Origin: a virus
DNA: 64,000 nt
Virus record (IMG/VR): IMGVR_UViG_3300008952_000019
Location: 27,449-91,448 of that record
Reading direction: 5' to 3' (one strand)
Numbering within the stretch: the stretch's first letter is position 1; each line of letters begins with the position of its first letter. Positions 31,101-40,200 of the stretch are shown one piece after another. The position numbers were made by a program, and so were the translations under genes. A model generated the notes under the pieces. The model searched no databases. It had not been told where the DNA came from and saw nothing but the letters and a program-made list of their open reading frames with translations.

Positions 31101-31904
31101 CGAAGCTGCAGACTGAGAAAGTGTATATACTTTAGTAGTTGCGTCACCATAAAATGTATCTACATAATATGTACTTTGAGACAATTTTATAGGAGTTATA
31201 CTTCCATCTGCAACGGTTGCTTGAACTGTATCCATATTAAGATAAGTTACAGTAACATCCATTCCATTAGGTATATTGCCACTAAATACTAATTTTGACG
31301 GAGCAGTACCGACAATAGTATATGATGCCGGTGGTTGATATAAATTATCTACAAATACTAAAATATCTGTAGGTGACGGGGGGACTCTAGTTAATGTAAA
31401 TTCTGAAGTTGAACCATCAGCAGAAAAAGTATCTACAGATAAATTTGCTTGAGTCGTAGTTGCTAATGTAAGTTTACCCGTTGAGGCATCAGTTGTAAGT
31501 TGTATACCCGAACCAGCAATAAATTCAACTTCTCCTGAGGGAGGAACATTTAAATTAGACTGTCCTGAAACTGTTATAGTTTCAAATCCGCCTTTAGCAG
31601 GGATGAACGTGCCAGTAGAATGTTCATACTTAAGAACATCACCGTCTACTAAACCTGTTTCGTTAACATCTCCTAAATCGAGAATATTACCGCCACCAAT
31701 AGATGTCCAAATAGAATTAGTTAAATCATTGGGGTTTTTAGAATATCCTTCAAATTTACCAGTATTAGTATTATATCGTATAATACCTTCTGCTGGACTA
31801 GAAGGTCGTTGGGCAGTTGTACCAGTAGGAACTGTCAATCCTTCTGTTCCACGAATAACTGGATCTATTTTTATTGTTTTTCCTGAAACATATGTTCTGC
31901 TCAT
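28119..31904 (-). CDS. Modular fibre/baseplate-associated structural protein
   Basis: 1261 aa; PTGTTAQRPSSPAEGIIRYNT module, about 6 copies of the V..NG....DY beta-domain, L.DV...G..L.Y repeats, GRVGIGTSAP, C-terminal GPLT domain. Confidence 0.7.
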   Translation of the reverse strand: MSRTYVSGKTIKIDPVIRGTEGLTVPTGTTAQRPSSPAEGIIRYNTNTGKFEGYSKNPNDLTNSIWTSIGGGNILDLGDVNETGLVDGDVLKYEHSTGTFIPAKGGFETITVSGQSNLNVPPSGEVEFIAGSGIQLTTDASTGKLTLATTTQANLSVDTFSADGSTSEFTLTRVPPSPTDILVFVDNLYQPPASYTIVGTAPSKLVFSGNIPNGMDVTVTYLNMDTVQATVADGSITPIKLSQSTYYVDTFYGDATTKVYTLSQSAASANQLLITVNGIVQNPGADNAYSVDGTTLTFVNAPVYNAIVKVRFMGVTFSTTSAIAPNGVGIPQMDIGGGSGTAGQVLGLGSSGGLTWISPASADFIYNNQTFVNAKSLEFDVTEGYTLTETSTGVLKVGFTDYLKTIIVSGQPVISMDSSRSLEFIEGAGIGITTDNASGDKEITISVSLTSVGENIIPGVSGTYNIGAETLPWRTVFANTLDLGSNLITESNGILSMPPAMILGGANPVTIKSSADGLQVEKIVLGTDTQIGAGNGVTLVNNGGRLDLPANSITISELDVGTGTNGQYLSTNGSALQWVTGLTSITAGTGITTSSGNAIITTSDTLEIDPGVLSNSQLGVTAHGWGNHASAGYLTDITSQTFNQLSDIQTGVLDSTREGWTIVWDDLNKTFVLKDIASQWLAGTILGSIYYSEGRVGIGTSAPSGKFVINQQESESSDPIIVQDGLNKPLYVPHGAPLTAQLGIHLETDLQTPPTQPTTGGTVYFKSGKPYYVSSVNTETPLGGALGDLGNVSTTGTLLSGYGLVYDASDTTWKAEPINLNTLGNVDAVTGLADGKILSYNANTGQFELGDAVTTVAQLSDSEISALGDGDTLIYNSSADKWVNTASGTTITRYSEVINETTKDVFNFSYAPGNVDVFLNGIKLLQDDFDSLDGSTIRLATAARLGDTIDMVNQGGKLVSANVIYFKQEWTATGSETYFDLAEPYATGYVECYHKGAKLKGSDYTATATQAPYRVFLNNVTLTNGDSFEIIATRTVTSTDSTLAIYSKSTYTAAGGETTVNSSSALTNGHFEVFLNGVKLSGSDYTLNANTFKIDLGFILNVGDEVEIMAFKPRSANIVQNFIEDSMTAAGGETSMALSATPPTKESVLVIKNNVILPVSDYTVGNNTLNFTDALVNGQKILVKHLQTSVSQALVPSANSVTGGMMNASLDGDFTIIPYQYQNDDTISTVSTYGASNKNTALVGPLTMSEQVTIEGTVTVI

Positions 31905-31918
31905 TCATAAATTCCTTA

Positions 31919-34879
31919 TTAATTTGTTCCCCATTGGGCATCACCTTGAAGCACTTTCAGTTCGTCTCCTGCTGCAGGTGCAGGAACTAATCCAGCAGTA
32001 CCAGCCGCACTAGCCGAAGCAGCACCAAACGGAAATAATGCAGTAATATCTACTATTTTTATAACACCATTCATATTAGAATGGGCACCACATTGGTAAA
32101 CGTAATCACCCGAAATAGTTTGTGGTACTGTCCAAAATACTAAATTATCTACTTGCCCTTGGGCATTCGCTTCCGTAAACCATTGTTGAGACGTTGAATT
32201 CCAAAATCGCAATCCTGTATTATAATCATTTGTTGCACCAGTTACTCCTTCTCCGGTTGATGTTTTAATTCTAAATGGATGGCCACTACAATCTAAATCA
32301 AAACAATATGTATGTCCAGACATTAAATAAATTGTTGGACTTACCGCTGCGGTTACTCCATCTATTTTTTTCATAGTAGTTGTATCTAATGTTATATCTT
32401 CTATCACATAATCATATGTAGGAGTTGTTACTTTAAATGTTCTTGCCGCAAATGACTTAGAATTGTATTGTATATCACTAGTATCGGGTAAAGAATTAGT
32501 AATTGTTATACTGTCATTGATAGTACTAGTAACTAGAGTTATACCAGTACCAGCAACCATAGTTAATGTATCTGCAGGATCACTTGCAGATATAGTACCT
32601 TGTCCTGCTACTGCAATATTTTTATATGTATCTTGGCTTGTTGCTGACGCAGAAATTATTACTTTATCGTTTGTAGCATCTGTTGTTAATGTTACATTTG
32701 ACCCTGCTTCAAAAGTTAATGTATCTGTAGGTGTATCTGCTACAACATTAGTTTCGCCTGAAACTGCTATTGTTGTAAATGCAGTACTAGCATTTGCAGA
32801 GTTTGTAATAGTTATTTCGTCTGCTGAAGAATCTGAAGATATATTAATACCAGTTCCTGCAACAAAAGTTAAAACATCAGGTGCTTGATCTGCTACAACA
32901 TCAGCAAAACCAGATACACTAATAGTACCAAATGCATTTGTAGACGACCCTCCACCCCCGGATGCAGTAGAATTAATTGTAACAGTTTTTGCAGACGAAT
33001 CTGTTGCTATTATAACATTATCTCCAGCAACAAATGTTACTGTATCTTCTACACCACTTGCTATTATACTAGGTTGACCTGACACTGAAATTGTTTTAAA
33101 CAAATTTGAAGCATCTTGAGAAATAGTTAACACATCTGCAGATATCGAAGTTGTAATACCTGTTCCGCCTAATATTGATAATGCATCTTCGGAACTGTTA
33201 GCAATAGCTGATCCTGCATCCGAAGTTATAGTTTTCCATAAATCTTGGGTAGTTCCGCTGCCTGATCCGCTACCGGTAGAATTAATTGTAATTGTATTTG
33301 TGCTTGCATCTAAAATAGTATCAACATTTGTGCCTCCGGCAAATATAAGTTCTTCTGTTACATCTGTAGCAGTTTTAGATCCACCTGTATCAGCAGTAAC
33401 TTTATAAAATACACCTGTAGGCACTTCTGTTGATTTTGCTACCCGTAACCATTCTCCACTATTACTTGTTGCAGAAAAATATAATTCGTTGTTTGCTACA
33501 CCAACACAACCCGGATATGTACCAGCAGGTATAGCACTTTCTAAACCACTTTTTAAACTAAAACTATTTTTAAATAAAACATTATGAGGTACTATTAAAT
33601 TACCACCAACAGTTAGATCCCCTAGAAATTCTGATTCTGTAGCTGTAATTTTAAATCTTGTATTACCTTGATTAGTAAAAGTAAATAAGGGTCTATTTAT
33701 TACTGCTGCAGGTGTCCCATATGCATAATCTGTAACATCACTACCTCGTCTGACAGTAAATTCCATCATAGAAGTAGTACCTGTATCTTTAGCAACAGCT
33801 ACTTCTGATATAATATTAATAGGAGATATTGCTGAATTAGATTCTACTCCTCCCCGTAGTGCAGGAGCTAAAGATGATGTAGATGTCGAAGCATTAGATA
33901 ATTCTAAAAAATCATCTGTTGCATCTGCTAATTTGCCCCTTAAAAATATTTCTTTATCTGTAGTACCAGGTTGATTAATAGTAATAGTATTACCAAATTG
34001 TAATGTATTTTGAAATATCAAACTTCCGGCAAATGTTAAATCTCCTGCTAATGTAAAATCACCTGTATTTTTTACATAACCAGATTCTAAAGAAAATACA
34101 TTATTTGATAAATCTAATCCTGTACCTGCGGTATAAGCAATAGCCGCAGCATCTATAGTTATTTCATCATTTGTTTGAGAAACGGTTATGTTAGTGCCTC
34201 CTAAAATACTTCTAAATTGTAAAGCATTAGTAGTACTGTCTTTAGCATAAAAAACTTGGCCTTCGCCTGCGCCTCTATTTGATCCTAAATTTTCTTCACC
34301 TGTGTTTTCAACAAATTCTAATGCTCCTTCGGCAGTATTAACTCTTAAAAATTTATGTTGTTGACCGGTAAATGTACTAGGAGTATCAGTTAATAATGTA
34401 AATTCTGAAACACCTGATCCGCCGCTGCTTCCAGCAGGCTTATCTACTGGTTGCCATTGGCTTGCACTTGAAACCCAATGAAGTATTTGACCATCAGTGG
34501 CACCTATAGTAACATCATTTAAATTAGTTAATGTTTGGGCTGTTATACTTGTTAAATAATTAAATGATGCATGATTACCCCAACTGTATGCAGTTTGAGC
34601 ATTTGTTAATGTGTTTTGGGTATCAATAGTTAATGCTATTGATCCTGAAGCAGTAATAGGTCCACCTGTTAATCCAGTTCCTGTATCTATTTGTGTAACA
34701 GTACCTGTTCCTGTACCAACAAATTCACTATGTAATAACACTCTATGACCACCTACAGTAGCACCATCATGTATTCGTATTGTATTAAGATCAGTATCTA
34801 CAGTTACTTCACCTTGAGCTCCGGTAAATGTTGCGTGTTGGACTGTACTGCCTCTTCTAAATTTAACTTCTGTACTCAT
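31919..34879 (-). CDS. Fibre protein with Mtd_N-like N-terminus, tandem stalk repeats and C-terminal cupredoxin-like domain
   Basis: 986 aa; VKFRRGST..HATFTGAQGEVTVDTD..TIRIHDG..VGGH; six (F/Y/W).TI.V.G....A....D.LTF.AG repeats; SGHPF...YQCGAHSNM. Confidence 0.7.
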   Translation of the reverse strand: MSTEVKFRRGSTVQHATFTGAQGEVTVDTDLNTIRIHDGATVGGHRVLLHSEFVGTGTGTVTQIDTGTGLTGGPITASGSIALTIDTQNTLTNAQTAYSWGNHASFNYLTSITAQTLTNLNDVTIGATDGQILHWVSSASQWQPVDKPAGSSGGSGVSEFTLLTDTPSTFTGQQHKFLRVNTAEGALEFVENTGEENLGSNRGAGEGQVFYAKDSTTNALQFRSILGGTNITVSQTNDEITIDAAAIAYTAGTGLDLSNNVFSLESGYVKNTGDFTLAGDLTFAGSLIFQNTLQFGNTITINQPGTTDKEIFLRGKLADATDDFLELSNASTSTSSLAPALRGGVESNSAISPINIISEVAVAKDTGTTSMMEFTVRRGSDVTDYAYGTPAAVINRPLFTFTNQGNTRFKITATESEFLGDLTVGGNLIVPHNVLFKNSFSLKSGLESAIPAGTYPGCVGVANNELYFSATSNSGEWLRVAKSTEVPTGVFYKVTADTGGSKTATDVTEELIFAGGTNVDTILDASTNTITINSTGSGSGSGTTQDLWKTITSDAGSAIANSSEDALSILGGTGITTSISADVLTISQDASNLFKTISVSGQPSIIASGVEDTVTFVAGDNVIIATDSSAKTVTINSTASGGGGSSTNAFGTISVSGFADVVADQAPDVLTFVAGTGINISSDSSADEITITNSANASTAFTTIAVSGETNVVADTPTDTLTFEAGSNVTLTTDATNDKVIISASATSQDTYKNIAVAGQGTISASDPADTLTMVAGTGITLVTSTINDSITITNSLPDTSDIQYNSKSFAARTFKVTTPTYDYVIEDITLDTTTMKKIDGVTAAVSPTIYLMSGHTYCFDLDCSGHPFRIKTSTGEGVTGATNDYNTGLRFWNSTSQQWFTEANAQGQVDNLVFWTVPQTISGDYVYQCGAHSNMNGVIKIVDITALFPFGAASASAAGTAGLVPAPAAGDELKVLQGDAQWGTN

Positions 34880-34888
34880 TTTATTTCC

Positions 34889-36895
34889 TCAAACTACTGT
34901 TTGTCCTAAAAATTTATAAACTTTGCCTGTGTCATTTGAACCATAACCAGTTCTTGTTATGACATATAATTCTTTATTAATATCTTCTCCAAATCCTATA
35001 ATAAATTCAGATAAACTAATTGCAATAGGATTTAATTGAGCTATCGAGTATACTCCTGTTAGCGGTTCTTTTAAATAATATATAACACCCGATGCATCAC
35101 TCCAATCCTTACTCCAATCTGCAAAAACATATTTTCCGATTAATTCTGTACAAGTAGATCCCCTATAAATATTTCCGCCTATAATAGATAATCCTTGGGT
35201 ATGATCATATTCTGCCGCAGGAGATATCATTCCATTCATAAATGTCTGCACATCAGTTCCTTCAGCAGTAGCAACAGAAATACCATGATTTAAATCATAT
35301 ACATTTGTACCTTCTTTAACACTCCACCCATGGTTTTCTCCTTTACCTACAATTTTAATACTTTCTTTATTACTTTGCCCTACATCTCCTACCCATACTT
35401 TATTTGTTGTTTGGTCTATACTTATTTTATAAGGATTTCTAAATCCTCTAGCAAAAATTTCTTCTTTATTTGTTGAATGATCTTTATATGGATTATCAGT
35501 AGGTATTGAATACAATCCATATTCTGAAGAACCTTGATCAATGTTTATTCTTAAAATTTTTCCTAATAAACTAGTTTTACTTTGTCCATTTGCTTGTGCA
35601 GTTGCCTGACCATTGCCTCCATCACCTGTACCTATATACAAATAACCATCTGTTCCAAACGCTAGAGCTCCGCCATTATGTGTCGAAAATGGTTGATCGA
35701 ATCGCATTATAATATCTTCTGTAGTACCCGATACATCGTCATTTGCTGGATCTGCTACTGTATATTTTGCTATAATACTTTCATGATCTATTCCTGCTCC
35801 TGATTTAGGTGCAGAATAATAAACAAAAACCCAACCATTAGAATTAAAGTTAGGATGAAATGCTAACCCTAGTAAACCTCGTTCATCATATGAACTTGTT
35901 AATGTTTGTATTTTAGACGATAAATCTAAAAATGGGGTTGACAAAAGTACCGCACCCTTGTATACTTTAATTTTGCCTCCTTGTTCAGCAATAAACAATC
36001 TAGTATCATGTCCTGTATTAGTTAATACTGTCGGTGCATTTAATCCTGAAGTTATTACAGGATCTATATTAACACCGACATCATCAGATATAAATCCAAA
36101 ATCAGAACTAGATGTTGATAGTTGTAAATTACCATTATCTGTTGGCAATAATCCTCTATCTTCTTTATTAAGTGTATAATCAGGTGTTTTTATTCTTATT
36201 AAATTTTCTTCACTTGTAATAACAATACCATCGCCTGCTATTAATCTTTTAAATTCTAAATTAACATTACTTTTTGCTTTAAACACACCTATACCATCTG
36301 TATTGGTACCAGCATTACTTGCAGTATTTGCTTCTCCTCCGACAGCTCCTGGAGGTGTTTGCCATGTTAATGTACCGCTTCCGTCAGTCATTAAAAATTG
36401 GCCTGATGTACCGTCAGCACTAGGATATGAAATATCACTAATTTGTACTTTACCGCCTGAGCCGGGTGTTAATTTTAAATTAGACGAAGGAGCCGATTTA
36501 ATACCATGAGTATTAACATTTAAGTCTCCTCCTAAAACAGGGGTAGAATCATCAATTACAGCAGTAAATTGTTCTGTATACGCCAATGTTTGACTTGCAC
36601 CAGGTATTGCTCTATACACTATAAGAGCTGTTTCGTCTTCTTCTAGTGTTGAACTGAATGCAATCTGGGTTCCATTAGCTAAATTTGTTACACTATAATC
36701 AACTCCTGGTTTTTGTGTTACACCATCTATACTAACATCTAAGGCTGCAACATCTTTAGGTGCTCCTGTTGTTAGAGTAAACGAAGTACCTGGTCCGGTC
36801 ACAGTTTCATGTTGAAAATTAGGTATATTTTGTATATCATCATAATCAACTGCGGCTAATACCGCTTCATATCGTTGACCGTAATAAACACCCAT
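34889..36895 (-). CDS. Fibre-stalk fusion to a PQQ-dependent sugar dehydrogenase (GSDH family) beta-propeller
   Basis: 668 aa; C-terminal about 390 aa with RLFIAEQGGKI, ERGLLGLAFHPNF, QPFSTHNGGALAFGTDGYLYIGTGDGG, GFRNPY, GDVGQ; N-terminal modules shared with neighbouring fibre proteins. Confidence 0.85.
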   Translation of the reverse strand: MGVYYGQRYEAVLAAVDYDDIQNIPNFQHETVTGPGTSFTLTTGAPKDVAALDVSIDGVTQKPGVDYSVTNLANGTQIAFSSTLEEDETALIVYRAIPGASQTLAYTEQFTAVIDDSTPVLGGDLNVNTHGIKSAPSSNLKLTPGSGGKVQISDISYPSADGTSGQFLMTDGSGTLTWQTPPGAVGGEANTASNAGTNTDGIGVFKAKSNVNLEFKRLIAGDGIVITSEENLIRIKTPDYTLNKEDRGLLPTDNGNLQLSTSSSDFGFISDDVGVNIDPVITSGLNAPTVLTNTGHDTRLFIAEQGGKIKVYKGAVLLSTPFLDLSSKIQTLTSSYDERGLLGLAFHPNFNSNGWVFVYYSAPKSGAGIDHESIIAKYTVADPANDDVSGTTEDIIMRFDQPFSTHNGGALAFGTDGYLYIGTGDGGNGQATAQANGQSKTSLLGKILRINIDQGSSEYGLYSIPTDNPYKDHSTNKEEIFARGFRNPYKISIDQTTNKVWVGDVGQSNKESIKIVGKGENHGWSVKEGTNVYDLNHGISVATAEGTDVQTFMNGMISPAAEYDHTQGLSIIGGNIYRGSTCTELIGKYVFADWSKDWSDASGVIYYLKEPLTGVYSIAQLNPIAISLSEFIIGFGEDINKELYVITRTGYGSNDTGKVYKFLGQTVV

Positions 36896-37227
36896 TATGT
36901 TCTCTCCAGTATACTTGCAAATATTTCACAATCTGTATGTGTAGATGCTACTCTAAGTTGATCATTTGCTTCTAAGTTAATAGGTCTATCTAAACTTAAT
37001 GTTGTATTTGGTGGTATTGGTACTTTTGACAATATAGTCATATCTGCTGTACCGCTATTATCATACACCTTTATTGTTATTTGCAAATTAGATGTCGCGT
37101 GTTTATTTGCTATATATAAACCATGAATAATAGCCGCTATCTGATTTGCTTGATTAGCCGTATACATAGTTTCATCTGTATTTGCTACACTAATTGTATG
37201 AGCTGCGTTTTTAAATGCACTTGCCAT
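36895..37227 (-). CDS. Small virion adaptor protein (110 aa)
   Basis: MASAFKN...MYTA...GLYIAN...VPIPPNTTL...INLEANDQLRV...ASILE jelly-roll-like pattern; follows a gene ending AIAFAIAFS. Confidence 0.6.
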   Translation of the reverse strand: MASAFKNAAHTISVANTDETMYTANQANQIAAIIHGLYIANKHATSNLQITIKVYDNSGTADMTILSKVPIPPNTTLSLDRPINLEANDQLRVASTHTDCEIFASILERT

Positions 37228-37237
37228 AATTTATCCG

Positions 37238-40200
37238 TTAACTAAAAGCAATAGCAAAGGCTATTGCGTCATCTTCTTCTATAAAACTACCACTAGCACC
37301 ACCTACAGAAGTATTAATAATTTGTATATTATCTCCTACTTGACTTATAGATATTCCTGCGCCGGCTGATATATTTCTAAATTCTAAATCTACTCCTGTT
37401 TTTGTTTTAAAAATTTCTCCTGTTCCTGTGCCTTGATTACTACCTGTATTTGCTTCTCCTTGTGACCCAGGAGCTGTACCAGGTTCCCATTTGCTATTTG
37501 AATCATTATATATTAAAACATCATTAAGAGCAGGTGCATTTGTATACGCTACATCTCCGACTGCACTTAAATTAGAAGTGTCTAATTTAGTATCAACTCT
37601 TGCATCTGTATAATATTTATTTGTATTTCCTTCTTGAACATTGTCAGTTGAAACAGAACCTGAGGTATAATTTGTTAAATTAGATGCTTCAACCATATTC
37701 AAATTTGAAGGAGAACTAAATGCAATAGTTTGATTTGCAGAAACTGTTAAAAAATAACCTGTAGATCCTGCATAAGAAGCAGGAGTATCACCTAAACTTA
37801 AAAATGTACTGCCTGGAGCGTCTGTCCATTCTAATGCAGTACCGCCTGTATTAACTTTTAAATATTTTCCTGCGTATCCTGATAATGTTCCGGGTCCGTC
37901 TGTTAATCCTGAAAAGGTTGTGTTATCTGTTGGAGCATCAATAAATTCTAATCCGGTTCCTCCTACATTAACTTTTAAATATTTTCCGGCACTTAATGTA
38001 GATATACCTGGCGTATCTGTTAATGCAGAAAATGTATCGATTTGGGCAGGAGGATTAACAAATTCTATAGCATCCTGTGTAGATTTTACTGCTAAATATT
38101 TCCCACCTTGTCCTGAATAAGAACCTGGAGTATCTGTTTGGTTTTTAAATTGGTTAGGAAGAAATACTAATTGATTACCTGCACTATTAACTGATACTAA
38201 TTTATCTGCTGATCCAACAAAAGAACCAGGAGTATCATTTAATCCTAAAAAAGTAGTAACAGAATCCGGAACAGGTTCATATTGTAATCCTGTTTCACCT
38301 GTGTTAACAACAACCATTCTTCCAGCATTACCTGCGTATGTCGGTGGTGTGTCTGTTTGTCCTTGAAATGTCGGGTTACCCGGTATAGTAACTTCTATGT
38401 TATCACCTGTAGCTACTGCATTAACTCCGGGCCCAATAAAATCCAACGAAGATGTATTATATGTTAATGTTGTACCTTCGTTTTTTACTTCTACTTTTGG
38501 AGGATCGGCCCATTTAAATTTGCTATTTGTAAAATCATATTGTAAAAATCTGCGATCGTCTCCTTGATAAACAGGATCTATATCTGATATTTCTGATACT
38601 TTTAAATCTTTCCATTTATATGTACCCGACGAATTGTTATAATATAAAACTTTTTTATCATCTAATTGTGTGGTAGCATCAACATCTTCTAAAAATGTTA
38701 AACTATAATCTTTATATTTAAATGTAGCAGTCGAATGATTATAATAAACTACTTTCCCATCATCATTTTGTACAGGAATATCTGTATCTAATAATGTAGT
38801 AAAAGTGAAATCTCTCCATTTAAACGACCCCGAATTTCCATCATAATATAATACATCATTATTATTACCTGATGTTATAGGTGTCACATCATACAGATCT
38901 GCTAATCTTTCGTTTGTAATATCTTCTAAATATGCAGCAGTGGTAAAAACAATACTTGTTCCGTCACTTTTAACTTTTAAAAAAGCATTAGCACTATTAT
39001 ACATATCAGCGTTAGATGGTGTATCATCTAACCCTGTAAAAGTAGTTGCACCGGTCTGAGGCGGATCATCAATAATCCAGGTACCATTTAAATATTTTAA
39101 AATTTTACCATTTGTTACGTTTGATACATCAGTATCTGATAATCCTGCTATTGTATTTGAACCAGTGTCTGTAAAAGGTATCCATTTATTACCATTATAT
39201 TTTAATACTTGATTATTAATAGGTGTATTACTTGTTAAATCTACATCTTGAAGATCATCTAACCCAACTGGTATTGTTTTAAGTACAGGTTTCCATTTTT
39301 GATCTCCTGAATTCCATTCTAACATATAACCGTTAGTTGCTAAATTCATCGCTGAAGTATCAAAATCTGTCAAATTACCTATAGTATGAACATCTATATC
39401 AAAATAATTTTGAACTGCATGATTTGCCCAACCATATGCTGTGTTCCAATTTGTAATTTGTTGTGAAGTTATACTTGATGTTACATGAGAAGTAAATATA
39501 GGATCAGTTTCAGAATAAGTTTTAAGATATCCTTCAGTCCCATGGTCGCCCCAACTATGGGCAGTATTCCAATTATTAATAAACGTATTAGTAATGTTAT
39601 ATGCTACACTTCCTGTAAAAACAGGATCTTGTTCTGCTAACGGTGTATAAGTGAAGACACCTGTATTATTATTATAAGTTAAAGTTGATACCGCAGATTC
39701 TTGAGCATTTGTAACAGACAGATCAGTTAATGCTATACCTCCACTTCCTCCGGTACCTCCTGAAACAGTAGATGCAACCCACCCACCTGTACTGTTACTA
39801 TACACAAGCGACTGACCGTCAGTAGGTGAAGTAGATAAATCTACATCAGACAGTTCGCCTAAACTTAGACCATCAAATACCAAATCAGTACCAGATGAAG
39901 GTACTTTAATAACTTGGCCTGATGTGCCTACAGTTGAAGGTAATGTGTATGCACCTTTTATTTGAACTTTGCCTGTACCATTTGGGTTTATATTAATAGT
40001 TGTATTTGTACCAGAAGTAATTAAAGGAGTTACTATTTCAGATACTGAAATAGCACCTGTCGAAGATCGTTGTACTAATGTACTATTAGTTGCCAAATTT
40101 GTTGCATTATCTACAGTTGTTTTTGTATTAGACCAACCGGTCGAAACATCTACTCCATTAATTTTATAAACTTTACCGTTTGCAATATCTATATTTTCTG

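Noticed and set aside
34740-34879. Mtd_N-like N-terminus suggesting a diversity-generating retroelement target
   Set aside because: No reverse transcriptase and no template/variable repeat pair differing only at adenines in the window; the paralogous C-termini of the 1726-aa and 2037-aa genes differ at all base types and include indels
37740-38920. Regularly spaced repeats resembling a CRISPR-like or non-coding array
   Set aside because: Repeats are degenerate at the DNA level, conserved at the protein level and in frame within the 1501-aa gene
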